A stretch of DNA of 64,000 bases from contig NW_026515668.1 in NCBI RefSeq assembly GCF_025526975.1, forward strand, positions 806,001 through 870,000, in the 5' to 3' direction. Source of the stretch: Fimicolochytrium jonesii (taxonomy: Eukaryota). The notes beneath the pieces are model-generated. The model saw only the letters and a program-made list of their open reading frames with translations, was not told where the DNA came from and did no database searches. Shown here piece by piece: positions 37,566 through 49,287 of this stretch (the first letter of the stretch is position 1; every line of letters starts with the position of its first letter). Made by a program: the position numbers and the translations under genes.

Positions 37566-38214
37566 AGTGCTCGGTCTAGATGTCAAAAGGATATGAGATA
37601 CGGACTCTGATTCCCCACCGTGACTTTTGTGAGTAAAGACAGAGAAATCACTTTCCTCGCACCGTGGGCAGGCCCGAGGGGGCGGGAAAAATGGCGTGTA
37701 TGTTACTTGACGGTAAAAGAGTTTGGGCAGACTATTTGGCGGTAGTTCCCGCGATATTCTGATAGAGCCCCCGTCGTGTAGTTTCTGCGAGCGGTCGGGC
37801 GGGTGGGCAGCGGCCGGCGGCCAACCGCGAGCAAGGGATCGTAAGGCAACTGCGTGCGATGCCGGCTGTGTTCTGGGGGCCTTGCTGCCCGCAGTACTGT
37901 AGGGCGTCAAATGGTGGGAAAGTGCGAAACCCTTCTCGAATCGCTAAGCGTATGGCTGAGCGCACGAATAAAGGTAAGGAAAGGGAAAAGGAGAAGGAAG
38001 AGGAAAGGGAGGACTATAAATCCGAGAACGAGTCACGTGCACGCTCAGCCTGGGTTTTATCCACACATGCACCCGAGGGCTCGGGATGCATCCATCAAGC
38101 CTCGCTCCCACAACACAGCTCAACCAAGTCTTCCAAGTCCCCAGCAGCTACACTGTACACACATATATGTATGCCTCTCTGCCCGAATAAATAGGTCTCG
38201 CACACGGTATCACA

Positions 38215-40014
38215 ATGTCTCCTCCGAGTAGTGCAGAAAGCGAAGCTAGGATAGGCACGCTAATCGAGCAGGGCTTGGAGCTAGAAGGTCAGCTTTACAA
38301 CCCATGGCATGGGGAGCGGAGTCTAGTCCAGGAATACAATCGCTTACTTGATTCAATAGAGATTGACCTGAACCTCTTCCGAAGCAAGCGGCTCTGGTTG
38401 CCAACAGGAGCTAGGGGAGTCTTTGGTATGCTTTCCGGCGCTCCCGTTGATGGCCATCCAGTTCTGTCATTAACGCATAGAAACATCCTATCCTAGGCGG
38501 ACAGGTTGTCGGTCTGGCATTGGCTGCTGCTAGTCGGACGGTGGATAAGCGTTTCCGGGTGCATGTGGGTGTTGTCTTTGCCTTCTCTTCATAGGCCTCC
38601 CGTATCGACCTCCGTCGTCGTTGATCTTAGTCGCTACACTGCTACTTCATACTGCCCGGAGACAACACCGTCCCGATCATATATCGCGTGGATCGAACTC
38701 GGGATGGCAAAACCTATGCCACGCGTAGCATCAAGGCGGAGCAGCGCGGCAAGAGTATCTTTGTGTTGACCTGCTCGTTCCAGGCTGGAGAGAGCTCACC
38801 GCTGGAACATCAAGTATGGAGGATGGAAAGGATGATAGGGCGGAATGGGCAGGTTTTTGACCTCCGCTTACATCATGCAGTATCCGATGCCCGACGTGAG
38901 GCCACCAGAAGAGCTGCCGAGGTGAGCTTCTTTTGATTTGTGGTTGTCGGGACGCCAACTCACCCACTTGGTGATGTCGCGTCTATCGAGTAGTAATGAA
39001 GAGAAATTACAACGTAAGGAGTACCCTGCCCAGCAGCGTCATTTGGTGAGACGTCTTCAACTCTCCTACTGTCACGCGATACAGATTGGCTGCACCACCC
39101 ACGCATCGGCTCCATCCCAAAGTACAAGGAGAATCTTGAGATGCGATTGCAGGAGGTGCGTGCATCTTTCAACATGGTCTCGGTGTACCAGGCCCGCCTT
39201 TTCTGACTGGTCCCTTCTGCAGCCTATTCCAATAGATATTCGGGATTGTCACGGTCTCCCAAGGGCTCGAGAACTATTGCATCCGCGCAAACAGGAGCCA
39301 AAGCAATACATATGGATGCGGGCGAAGGGGACGTTGCCGGACGATCCAGCGATACACAACGTAAGTGCCGAATCCTTGGAAACTGACTTTTGTGGGAAAG
39401 ACGCTCACCGGTTCGGGACGTTATAGTGTGTTGCGGCATACTGCTCTGATGTGAGTGATGTAACAAACATGCTACGGATCTTGAGGATGTGAATGACCTC
39501 GATTCTGAAGGGTTGCTGACACGCGTTCTTGACGGCATAGCATTATCTCTTGACGACAAGTCTTTTGACTCACGGCATTAGCAACCTTTCGAACCCTAGA
39601 TTAACGATGTTGGCCTCGTTGGACCATGCGGTGGTAGGTCACTAGATCTAGCAGGAATATCACGTCAATGACCTCACTTTGCATATTCGCGACGGACGAC
39701 AGTGGTTCCACGCGCCATTTAGGGCCGACGAGTGGCTGCTGTACGAGATGGAGGTAGGTCCGCGATTAGCTGAATAGGGTCGGTGCCATATCCGCAAGAC
39801 CCCTAACGGCGGTCTTGTTGCGCAGAGTTCCAGAACCGTTGCCAACCGAGGACTATGCTTCGGTCGTATTTACACCCGTGATGGTCGTTTGGTGGTCTCT
39901 ACTGCTCAGGAAGGCGTCATTAGGACCGAGTTTCGCCCCAACGTTCCACGTAATCCGGAGTGCAAGGACGGGAAGGACCAGCCTGCGGGCAAGGAGGAGA
40001 AAGCGAAACTTTAG
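38215..40014 (+). CDS. TES1: peroxisomal acyl-CoA thioesterase II (Tes1/ACOT8)
   Basis: LWLPTGARGVFGG, RDGKTYATR, IWMRAKG, AYCSD, ASLDHAVWFH, AQEG; C-terminal AKL (PTS1). Confidence 0.93.
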
Positions 40015-40646
40015 GGAAATGGAGACATTTCTCTGTGATCAGGGCGTCTTCCGGACATAATTTAGCACGTAGCCATGTACTTTTAGGGTAGCATGTGAAA
40101 TAAATCTCGCATGAATGAATGGAGTTGACATATCATTGCAGGCCTGATGAGTATCGTTACTACTGTATTTATCAAAAGGATAGAGGGATCATCGCCTCGT
40201 ATACACAAAAAGTGGAAGAAAAAGAATGCCAAAAACTAAGAGCGTTCCCGCAAAGCTACTCGTACTAAGCAATTGTTGATGCTTTGCGGGTCACTACCCG
40301 ACTGAATGACGACGAGCATGAATTTACGGGTCGACGTGGGGTAATGACGGTCCAAGCCCCTGTTCTCCGTCCGTTTTCTCGGTCGGAGGGGCGACGGTGT
40401 CGCTCCTGGAGGCGCCCTCAAGGAGACGAACGGAGGTGCCTGGATCTCCATCGTGTGGCTCCACGACCTGTATTTTTTTTTCTATAGAGCTGGGGATTTA
40501 TGATTTAGCGTGTTGCTACTTTCCCCGGCAAGACCCCGGCAAGGACCAAGAACCACTCACCTCATGTCTTAGGATATACACTGCAGGCCCCACCTAATAT
40601 AACTTGTGCTTCCGGTTCTACCCTGGTCGCCCCAAATCGGAGTCGA

Positions 40647-41980
40647 CTAAATGCCTGTCTGTTCCGGGTGTTTCATGCTATACGCGGCGGCAGATCGACC
40701 ATCAGATCTACAATTCCCAAACCACCCTACAAAAACCCCATCGCCCATCGCCCACAAACCCACCTCCTCAGCGCAACAGCAACCAACTTCATAAACTCCC
40801 TGTAATCGCTCTCCGCCAGCTCATGCGGCCCGAACCGCAGCTGCTCATACCGGTCGATGTAATAGCGGCCCAGGTCGGGGCCAAGGACGCCTTCGGAGAT
40901 CAGGTACTCGATGTAGCGCCGCGCGGTGAGGGTGGAAGGTCGCCGGAGGTAGGGGGAGATGTCGATTGCCGCTCGTTCTTTTGGAGGTGGAGGTGAAAGT
41001 CGATCGACGTTAGTGAACAAACGGAAAATCAAAAATGGTCAGCACCAGCGACTGAGATGGGATGAGCAGAGCGCCAGCAACAGCAAACCGACGAGATGAG
41101 CGGAGCGTTGGATGATGTTGGATGAATGAAACGACATTCTGGTTGAAGATGTTGGGCTGTGGTGCGCTAAGCTAACTTCGCTCGCAAAGGATCTGACGCT
41201 CACCGGCGTCGCTAAAAACCGCAGTGAAGAGAGTTCTGCGCCTTTGGCGCAATGGGACTCGCTCACGCTCGCGCTAGCTATTGCTCGGGCTCCCAGGAGC
41301 GAACCAACCTCGCGCTCCCCGGGCGATCCTCAAACAGCAAGATTGCTTACGGCCCAGTCCTCAAGTAGCCCTGCAAATCGCTCCGCTTGCCGCAGACAAC
41401 TGCATTCGCATGCACACCCACCTAACAGCTCAAAAGTCTGCACCGCTGCCGTTTTGAAATGCACCTTCTCCAGCGCTGTCCCCTGTTTACCCCACCCGAG
41501 CTCGAACGCGTCCTGTGGCCTCGGTTTCGCTTCCAAAGCGATATTGGCGACGTTGGAAAGGTCGGCTTGGATGAGTTTGTGGACCCGTTTTGGGAGGTCG
41601 GATGGGTTGATTGGGACGTAGACTTTGGGGATGCTTTGCAGTGCTGAGCGGATGGAGAGCGTGCGGGCGGAGGAGATTAGGACGGCACCTAGGACCTGAT
41701 GTGTGACGGAGATGAAATGGAAATTAGGGTAACCTGAAGGCTGGCTCGCCCACGCCACCACCACCTCAGAAAGGAAGCCCTCGTCTAATCGAAATGACAC
41801 CGTACATACCAGTAAACCCACGCTCGACCCGGCGCTGATGAGAAGGACCCGATCCTGGAACAACCTCATGAAGATATCCAGACCGCAGAACCCCATGATA
41901 GCGGTCACCAGGAGAAGGAGAACGAGCAGCCAGGAGATATTCAGCACCGAGGGGCATTTCGGCTTCCATGACCACGCCAT
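40647..41980 (-). CDS. DLT1: Dlt1-family (defect at low temperature) membrane protein, 4 exons
   Basis: Two N-terminal TM segments, SIPKVYVPINPSDLP, GWG, YEQLRFG...DYREFM; long intron 40978-41421. Confidence 0.75.
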
Positions 41981-42791
41981 CGTGAGATTTTTTGCGCGTA
42001 CGGAGGCGGAGAACGGAGCGCAGGCAAGCCAGTGTTGCGAGTAGTGCCAGCAGAGGAGGAGAATAAGTCACTCGACTGAGAAAGGAGAGAGGATGGGGTG
42101 AAGCTCAACCAATGCAGCTCTCGTGAATATGAAAGTTTCTAGACATTACAACGCTGTCCTACGCGTTTGGGCTACAACTTATGCTTCGCCCATGGCCCAT
42201 GCCCACTGGGGCACTCCGTGGGGCTAAATAATACGGGGGAGTTCGCAAAGGGACTAACTAAACTATCTTTGAAACACGATCTACTGCCGTCTCAAAAGGC
42301 ACCTTGACACTAGTGCTTGGTGGACTTGTGCGGGCGACTTGAGTCTGGCAGTTATGGCGTTAGACTTGGGGGAGACGACATGCCGCGCCTTCGGTCATCA
42401 TTCTTGACGGTTGACTGCTTTCACAGGAAGAGAGTTTATTGTAAGCGCCGGGGTCCAAGAGCAAACACATCTTTGACAGCAGACAAACAAACTTACATGC
42501 GGCTAGGGACGGTTACCCAGCCCATCCCGGACTGCGGAGGTGCAGCGAGCGTTCCATCACGTGAGCGGTGCGCAGGCTTAAATAAGTCAGATACGGTCCT
42601 ACTGCGGTGAATTAGAGCTCCTTCCCACGCGATAGCTGCTCAGGACCTGACAGACTTCTTGGCCGTCCCCATTCCGCTCTGACAAGCGCCCTCACTATCA
42701 CCGTCGAGGCGGCGGGGTGACTCGGTCGAGCCCGGTGTGTTGGGGCAGAGCCGCGTTCCGCGAAAAACACAGGCGGCAGGGTTCTACGCAG

Positions 42792-44437
42792 ATGTCCTCC
42801 TTTGAACTGGCGCAACCATGGCGCAAGCTCCTGTACGTCAAGCAGGGGTTTCCTGATAACTATGTCGACGAGACGTTCTTGGATGCTTTGCAGAAGAATG
42901 GTAGGCGGGGCGGATTACTTGGACTCATAAAATTACGTTCGCCCACGCATGCAGCATTACGAGGAGTGAACGCTGGACTCGGCTTGCGCAGCGTATTGCA
43001 CGGAAGAAATGCCTGAACGGTAGCGAGGGCGAGTAGGAGCGGCGAGTGAATCGAGTCCGTTTGCGCTAGAGGCACCTATCGCAAAAGTCAACAACAGCGA
43101 GCACTCGTGGTTTGGTGCGAGCGAAGCGAGCCGCAGCCGTTGTGTAATATCTCGCCCAAGTTGAGGCCGGAGTTTGTGGATAGCGAGAAAGTGGCGGTTT
43201 ATTGGACGAATATGGGGGAGGTGGCAATGTTGTTTCTATCCTGTTCATCCCTCCCAACCATCCCATCAATCACCCTTCCGCGCCTATGCATCGCTCACCC
43301 GACTCACGTCCTTCATTCCCCATCCAGTGAACGTGCGCGCCCACAAATACTGGCCCACCGTCCTCCGCACCTGCGCTGTCTCGCAGCACATCAGCGGGAT
43401 AACAGCTTTCATCGCCGTCTTTGTGCATCTCTACTCCGGTGTCCTCGCGCCGGACCGGCTAATGATGTGGGATGCAGTCACGTTTGCGGTGGGATATGTC
43501 GCGTGGGATGTTATGGCGATTGGGGCCGGTGGTGGGAGGCGACGTGAGTTGGGAATATCGACAATTGGGAGTCATGAGTCACCCGTCTCACGCACATGGA
43601 TATTGTAGGATTTTCCATCGCACGAAGAGTCCTCCTCATCGCCCTCACCCTCCTCCTCCTCACCCCGACCCTGAAAACTCTCACGCTCGCCATAAGCAGT
43701 GACACCATCTGGGCGCTGTCCGCCATCATGTTCCTCTTCAGCCTCGTGTTCCACGATTACGGGTCTACAAACAGCTTGAAAGTTCGGTAACGTCACACCC
43801 ATATATCACCCACAATGCTCCTGCAAAACACCCACATCTCTAAATTTGGGGAATTTTTGAACAACCGGATAGGTTTCCAGACTCCCTAAGCATAAACGCC
43901 GGCATCTTCGCCTCCATCCTCCTCGCCTCCCGCCTTCCCTCCAACACCCACGTCCTCGGCCTCATGCTCTTTGCAGTCCTCGTCTTTGCCCTACTTCCCG
44001 TCTTTCGTCGGACTTGCCGGGTAAGCAAACAGAACAAATCCACACCACTGAACTTCCCTCTCACTATATTCACTAAACTGATCATTTTCTTGATTAGGCG
44101 AAATCAACAACAAGCGACATCATCATGTCCACATCCCTCATCACCCTCACAACCCTCCTCTTCGCCCCCATCTCCCACTCCCTGATGGTCTGGTACCTCG
44201 CCGGGATGGTATGTGTGAATTTCGGGTGTCCGTGGTGGTTGATTCGGACGCAGAAGTACAAAAGGTAGGCGTGGATGACGTCTGAGTGATTTCTGGTGTG
44301 CGGGGGGGAAGGCGCTGATGGGTGTTTGGGTCGTTTTTTTTTTGTATAGTGAGATTAGAGGACCGTGGGATGAAGCGCGGATTATCAAGCGGTTGAGTAG
44401 TTTGGATGAGGGCCTTTTGGAGGGGTTTGTGGGGTGA
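42792..44437 (+). CDS. GPI2: GPI-GlcNAc transferase subunit PIG-C/Gpi2
   Basis: WRKLLYVKQGFPDNYVDETFL, PTLKTLTLAISSDTIWA, SINAGIFASILLASRL, QKYKSEIRGPWDEA. Confidence 0.95.
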
Positions 44438-44961
44438 TGGGGATGTTCACACGGTACGGCGTTTGGGAACGGCCCCCGACCCCCGTTGAGCGCTGCATGG
44501 TATTGCCAAAGCCGGCCGGATGAGAACCGGTGCGTGCCCCGAGCTGGAAGGGCATCAGCAGCAGCGACCCCAGCTCATGGCGCGCAGCGGAGCGGGGTTG
44601 GTCTAAGGGCGCGGGTTGCGGCGGATGGAGGATGCGGAGCAGAAGTCCGAATCGCATTCCGCGCATCCTGTCGATCTCAAACACCAACAACCCCTCGAAC
44701 GCCATTGCCGCCTCGGACAGGTGGCGAGGCGAATCGGTTCAGCGCGGTGATGGGCCGCACCCCGGAACCTTTCGGGTCCTGGTCATGCAGGCGGTGTCAT
44801 TCTCGTTTGGTATCAGCGGCGAGTGCACTCTGGAACGGATGTTGTGGATGGCGGGCAGGGGCCGGTCATCGACCCTGCTGCACACGAAGGGGTGGGAACA
44901 GGGTGTGGCTGCATCAACGTTTTGGGTAGAAACGTATCGGGACCAGTGAAGGAATTGGGGA

Positions 44962-44977
44962 AACTATGACTCTCTTA

Positions 44978-45008
<31 letters not shown>

Positions 45009-45039
45009 CATAATCAGCGGGGAAAGAAGACCCTGTTGA
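44962..45039 (+). rRNA. 28S/LSU rRNA fragment (non-functional, internally deleted)
   Basis: AACTATGACTCTCTTAAG fused to CGAAACCACAGCCAAGGGAACGGGCTTGGCATAATCAGCGGGGAAAGAAGACCCTGTTGA; both blocks are conserved eukaryotic LSU sequence. Confidence 0.9.
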
Positions 45040-45334
45040 CATGTTTGGGAACCCACCGCTATTCACGAACGTAACCAACCATTACAGCTCATGGCAGCCT
45101 TTCAAACACAGGACGTCGACGGCCCCCTTCCTCGTTCTCCCCTTTTGTTTACGTATGTAGGAGCGTGACCCTGTACAGGGAGGGCAACTGTCTTGGGCTT
45201 CCAGAACAAGGTTAAGGTTGACTGCCGAAGGGAAAGACATGCCGGAGATAAGACCTGCCCTTGCCCGCGCCCGCCCTTTTGGGAACTGCATATGCATGTG
45301 CAGTCGACTTCACACCACGGGCGAGTACTGAGTT

Positions 45335-46264
45335 ATGAGGGATTTACCATTCCTCTCGACTATCATCCGAAAAACACACGATGTGTTCGATAGACATCAC
45401 AAGACGGGAGTTGTTCCGTCAAAAGCCAGCGCAACAGCGAGTTCTACGAACACCGCAGCCAAATCGAACGGAAACGTCCTGACGAGTGCGCCGCTGGTCG
45501 ACGATGACGATTCACTGCTGCTATCGAGATACAACCTAAGGCCGCCGGTCACACTTGCGCGTCAAGTTCGGCCAGATGTTACCGCTCACGAGCTGACGCC
45601 AGACCGTATACCCTCGGTCATGAAGATGCTGTACGACTCCCGTCAATATTCCACGACATACCGCGATATCGACTTTGACAAAGAGGAGTTCTTCGAAATC
45701 TTTGGTCGAAAGTTACTAGGAGCGAAAGGACATCTTTCCGTGGTGCTATGCACAAAAGACCCAGCGACTGGGCAAGAAACTCCCGCCTTCGTGACGACAG
45801 TAAGCGATATGCGAGAAGCATTAGATGGGTGGAAAGCAAACCGGGACGCCATCGAATCCAACTCATCACCATTATCGCCAAGCGCGCAATGCGTGGCCGT
45901 GCAAACATTTTTGGAGATTGGCAGCCGTGTGATGGAGCAGCTATACGCGAAGTTCCACGACGTGCCCATAGGGAAAATGATGCTTGTTGGGGGAACCGCC
46001 GCAAGCCCTGCCGTGAAGGGAACAAACATATCTGCATACGGGATGCAGATAATATTGGAGAAAGCGCGGCGGGCGGGCTATGTGATAACTGCTGGATGGT
46101 CGTCTCATCCAGCGATGATCAAATTAGCGACTGCTTTCGGAGGGGTGGTCATGGCCACAATTGATGCGAGGGAGGTGCAAGTGCGCGACCGGAAGATTTA
46201 TGCAGAAAGGGGACACGAGGAAATAGGGCAGGTGTTCGCCGGAGGTATACCGCACTTCGAGTAG
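45335..46264 (+). CDS. GNAT-fold N-acetyltransferase-like protein (AANAT-like), intronless
   Basis: GGTAASPAVKGTNISAYGMQIILEKARRAGY resembles a degenerate GNAT motif A, followed by SSHPAMIKLATAFG. Confidence 0.55.
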   Translation: MRDLPFLSTIIRKTHDVFDRHHKTGVVPSKASATASSTNTAAKSNGNVLTSAPLVDDDDSLLLSRYNLRPPVTLARQVRPDVTAHELTPDRIPSVMKMLYDSRQYSTTYRDIDFDKEEFFEIFGRKLLGAKGHLSVVLCTKDPATGQETPAFVTTVSDMREALDGWKANRDAIESNSSPLSPSAQCVAVQTFLEIGSRVMEQLYAKFHDVPIGKMMLVGGTAASPAVKGTNISAYGMQIILEKARRAGYVITAGWSSHPAMIKLATAFGGVVMATIDAREVQVRDRKIYAERGHEEIGQVFAGGIPHFE

Positions 46265-48178
46265 AACAGACATTAGTTTCTAGTACGGAAAATCGGTGAT
46301 AGAACCACAATGGACTGGAAGTATCGCTGGTCAGGTCTTCAGTCTCAAACATATGTACAATACCTACGTAATAGTCATCATGAAGTGGGCAAGAGTAGAA
46401 GGATCGGAACGTGTTCGCAACGCGTGGGGGACAGGGAGTCGAGATATGGCGAGACACAAACTCCGAAGCCGGCATCTGGAGCCTTCCTGCAGCCCAAGAA
46501 CTCAGGCAGCTCACGTTTGATGACGAACAGTATATAGCTGATTTGGCTAAGCAATGAGTTTGGGGTGCTCGAGCAATATCCGCGCCAAGAAGTCTAGGGA
46601 GTCGCCCTGCTGCCCTGTTCTATGATTTTGCTAAGGAGCATTATTCTATGTCTTCTCTATTGCGCGCGAGTTCACCAGAAATCGTTTTAGAGATGCTACG
46701 GAATCGCACATGAAATAACCTCGGTATGACTCGATTTGCACATCTCGTTCCAACAGCTACCTTGTGCTGGCACATGGAAGCTTTCCGAAACAACGCTACC
46801 CTGCGGGACTTTCTGCCTAGAAACAATGGCGCCGGTACGACAGCGCTTCGCTTTTATGCTTTTATGGTATGCTCCTGATGCAAAAGACCCTCCGGTGTCA
46901 CGAACGGTGGCGATATGAGGGGACCAATGTTCGACTCCATCATAGATCGTCCAGATCCACGCATCCCACCATTCTCGTTAGCGTTATCGAAGCCGACTGC
47001 ATGTGGAGACTTTCCGCGATACCCTTGGGAGTGTTTCCCATTGTGCTTTTTGTGTTCTGGTTAATGGAACAGGAAAGGTCAGAAACCGTTGTCCTACGAG
47101 ACCTGCTCCCGCCAGTTTACGACAAGTGGTAGGGCATTCTTACCGTCACTCCAGAAAACCGGCCCGGCGAGGTTGCAGATGCTGAGAATTGAAACCTCCT
47201 CTTGCCAGCTGATTTCCCATCTGCGGTTCTGTTTAGTGGCACACTATTCCCTGCTGACCTCGTTTGGCCGTTGCCTTTTGCGGCATTCGTTGAAGCTGAG
47301 CGGGTGGCGTGGCTAGTTACGTTGGGACCCTTGCCAGGAGAGCGACGGGATGAGCGTCCCGCAGAGGCTGTTGAGACTGCTCGTGGACAGCGGGCGAACA
47401 TGGTGAGAAGCGCCCTGAGTCGTGGCTTGCGCTTGATTTGTCGGAGAACAAGAAAGCAAGTCGGACTGTCCGCCTAGTCTCCAGGAATATAGATTCTCAG
47501 GCTAGTGCCACTGTTCGAAGTGTATAATAAGTCGGCAGCTCCTGTCGTCGATGTCGATACCTCGATAAGCGACTCCTACGTACGTTTACTTATATTGGCC
47601 GCTTACAGACGTTGCGATTACGCCACACAAAATGAGCCGGCTTGTTCAGGTTTGCAGACGCCAGAGTCAGGGTGAGGATAAAAATGGGGAATTAAAGTGC
47701 CCGGCGACGCGACCGGTTACATGTTCCCTGATGTTCCCTGATGTTCAAGGCGACCCGACGCATGCACTCAGAACCCATAGGTGTGGCTGCTTTGGGCGAC
47801 GGCGATGTGAGGCCAGTACCTTCACGCCGTGCCAGTATCGTATGGAGATTGACTGAGCGTGGGAAGGTTTTCAGATGGATTCCTGGGGCCCAATCGCCAT
47901 CGTCCGAATGGGTCCGAACCGACATGATAACCTCGCATGTGAAGTCACGTGGGCGCGATTTGAACTTTTCGGCGTCGGGCTTCAACTTGGTCGGCAACGA
48001 AGGCAAACCAACGGGCAATCATCGTCGGCAAAGGCAACAAAGTCCTACGCTCGCTCAGTTAGATCGCCTCCTTGCAAAGCACCTCCCGTCGCTAGCGAAT
48101 CTGGGAATACTCGCAGCCCACCGTAGTGTCACTTTCCTGGAGGTTTCCGCGGAATTCCTAACAGCCCATTTCGCAACA

Positions 48179-49104
48179 ATGTTACGCCAATTGTATGTTT
48201 TGCGCATGCTCAACGCCTGGTAAACGGCCGTCTTACTAACCACACCTTTCTCGATCTTGCAGAATATCACAAGCGTCCGTATGCAGGGCATCCATAGGCA
48301 TTAGGCACTGTAAGTGACTTCTTTCAGGGACACTGCAGAAGGATTCCCAGTTCGGGATTCAACTCAACACCTCCTTCCGCAGATGCAACCGCCACCGCAC
48401 GCCCCCCACCCATCACAACCCTTAACGGCGTCCTCCCCCTCCCCACCGCGCGCGCCATCCTTTCCAACCCCAAACGCACCCGCCGCGGCAACCCGCTCGA
48501 CCTCCGCCGCCTCTACTTCTACGCCCAATACGCCGAAATCATCTCCTCGCGCGCCGTCTTCATCATGCAGAACCACAACCTCACCTCCCCCGAATACTTC
48601 AACCTCAAAACAACGTTCAAGGAAAAAGGCTTCATCGTCACGACGGTACGGAACGATGTGTTTTCGGCGGCGATACGGAAACATGCCAAGGGCGTGAATA
48701 AACAGTTGGGGAGGGATAGCGGGTTGGGTGGGTTGAGGCAGCTGTGCGCTGGGCCGGTGTGTGTGGCGTTCTCGAATGCGGTGGACAGTGAACGACCCCA
48801 TTTGGCAAGGGATTTCGCGGAACTGGTCAAACCGTTCAGCAAGAAGGGCAAACTTATGGTGGTCGGCGCGAAATTCGACGGGCAGCTGTTGACGAGTGAT
48901 ACGTTGGAGACGGTGGTGAAGTTGCCCGCGCTGGGTGAGTTGAGGGCGGAACTGGTCGGGTTGCTGGGGATGCCGAGTATGGCGCTGGTGGAGGTTTTGG
49001 GCAGGATTCCGCAGCATTTGTTGAGTTCGTTGGGGGAGCATGTGAGGGTTATGGAGGAGGCCGCTGGGGATAAGGGGGCGCAGGAACCGACGAAGGAAAA
49101 GTAG
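48179..49104 (+). CDS. MRPL11: mitochondrial ribosomal protein uL10m
   Basis: Presequence over two short introns; QNHNLTSPEY, VRNDVF, LCAGPVCV, VVGAKFDG, KLPALGELRAELVGLL. Confidence 0.85.
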
Positions 49105-49287
49105 ATAGACCTGGCTTTTTCAACTGTAGATTTCTTTTTGTGCCATCCTCTATATATATATATATATCACATACCACTCGTATTGTGTCTATTCGCACAC
49201 CATCGGATAAGTTATCATATCCCAGAACAAGGTCATAAATACACCGCTCAGCAATCTGTGGTGGGTGGCCTTGGGGGACCGAACGTT

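Larger units (their letters stand above)
36865..37975 (+). repeat. 43-44-bp direct repeats (36865-36908 and 37933-37975) bracketing a ~1-kb segment
   Basis: ttctcgaatcgctaa[aga/gc]gtatggctgagcgcacgaataaaggt occurs at both ends. Confidence 0.9.

Noticed and set aside
44385..44949. Possible homing endonuclease or structured ncRNA next to the 28S fragment (hairpins and an H-type pseudoknot-like pairing near 44535-44577)
   Set aside because: No His-Cys or LAGLIDADG motif was seen in the frames read, and no RNase P, SRP or telomerase-template signature; pairings of this length are expected in GC-rich DNA.
46641..48120. Several short ORFs that could be a decayed gene or transposase
   Set aside because: No recognisable motif, and the frames are interrupted by stops.
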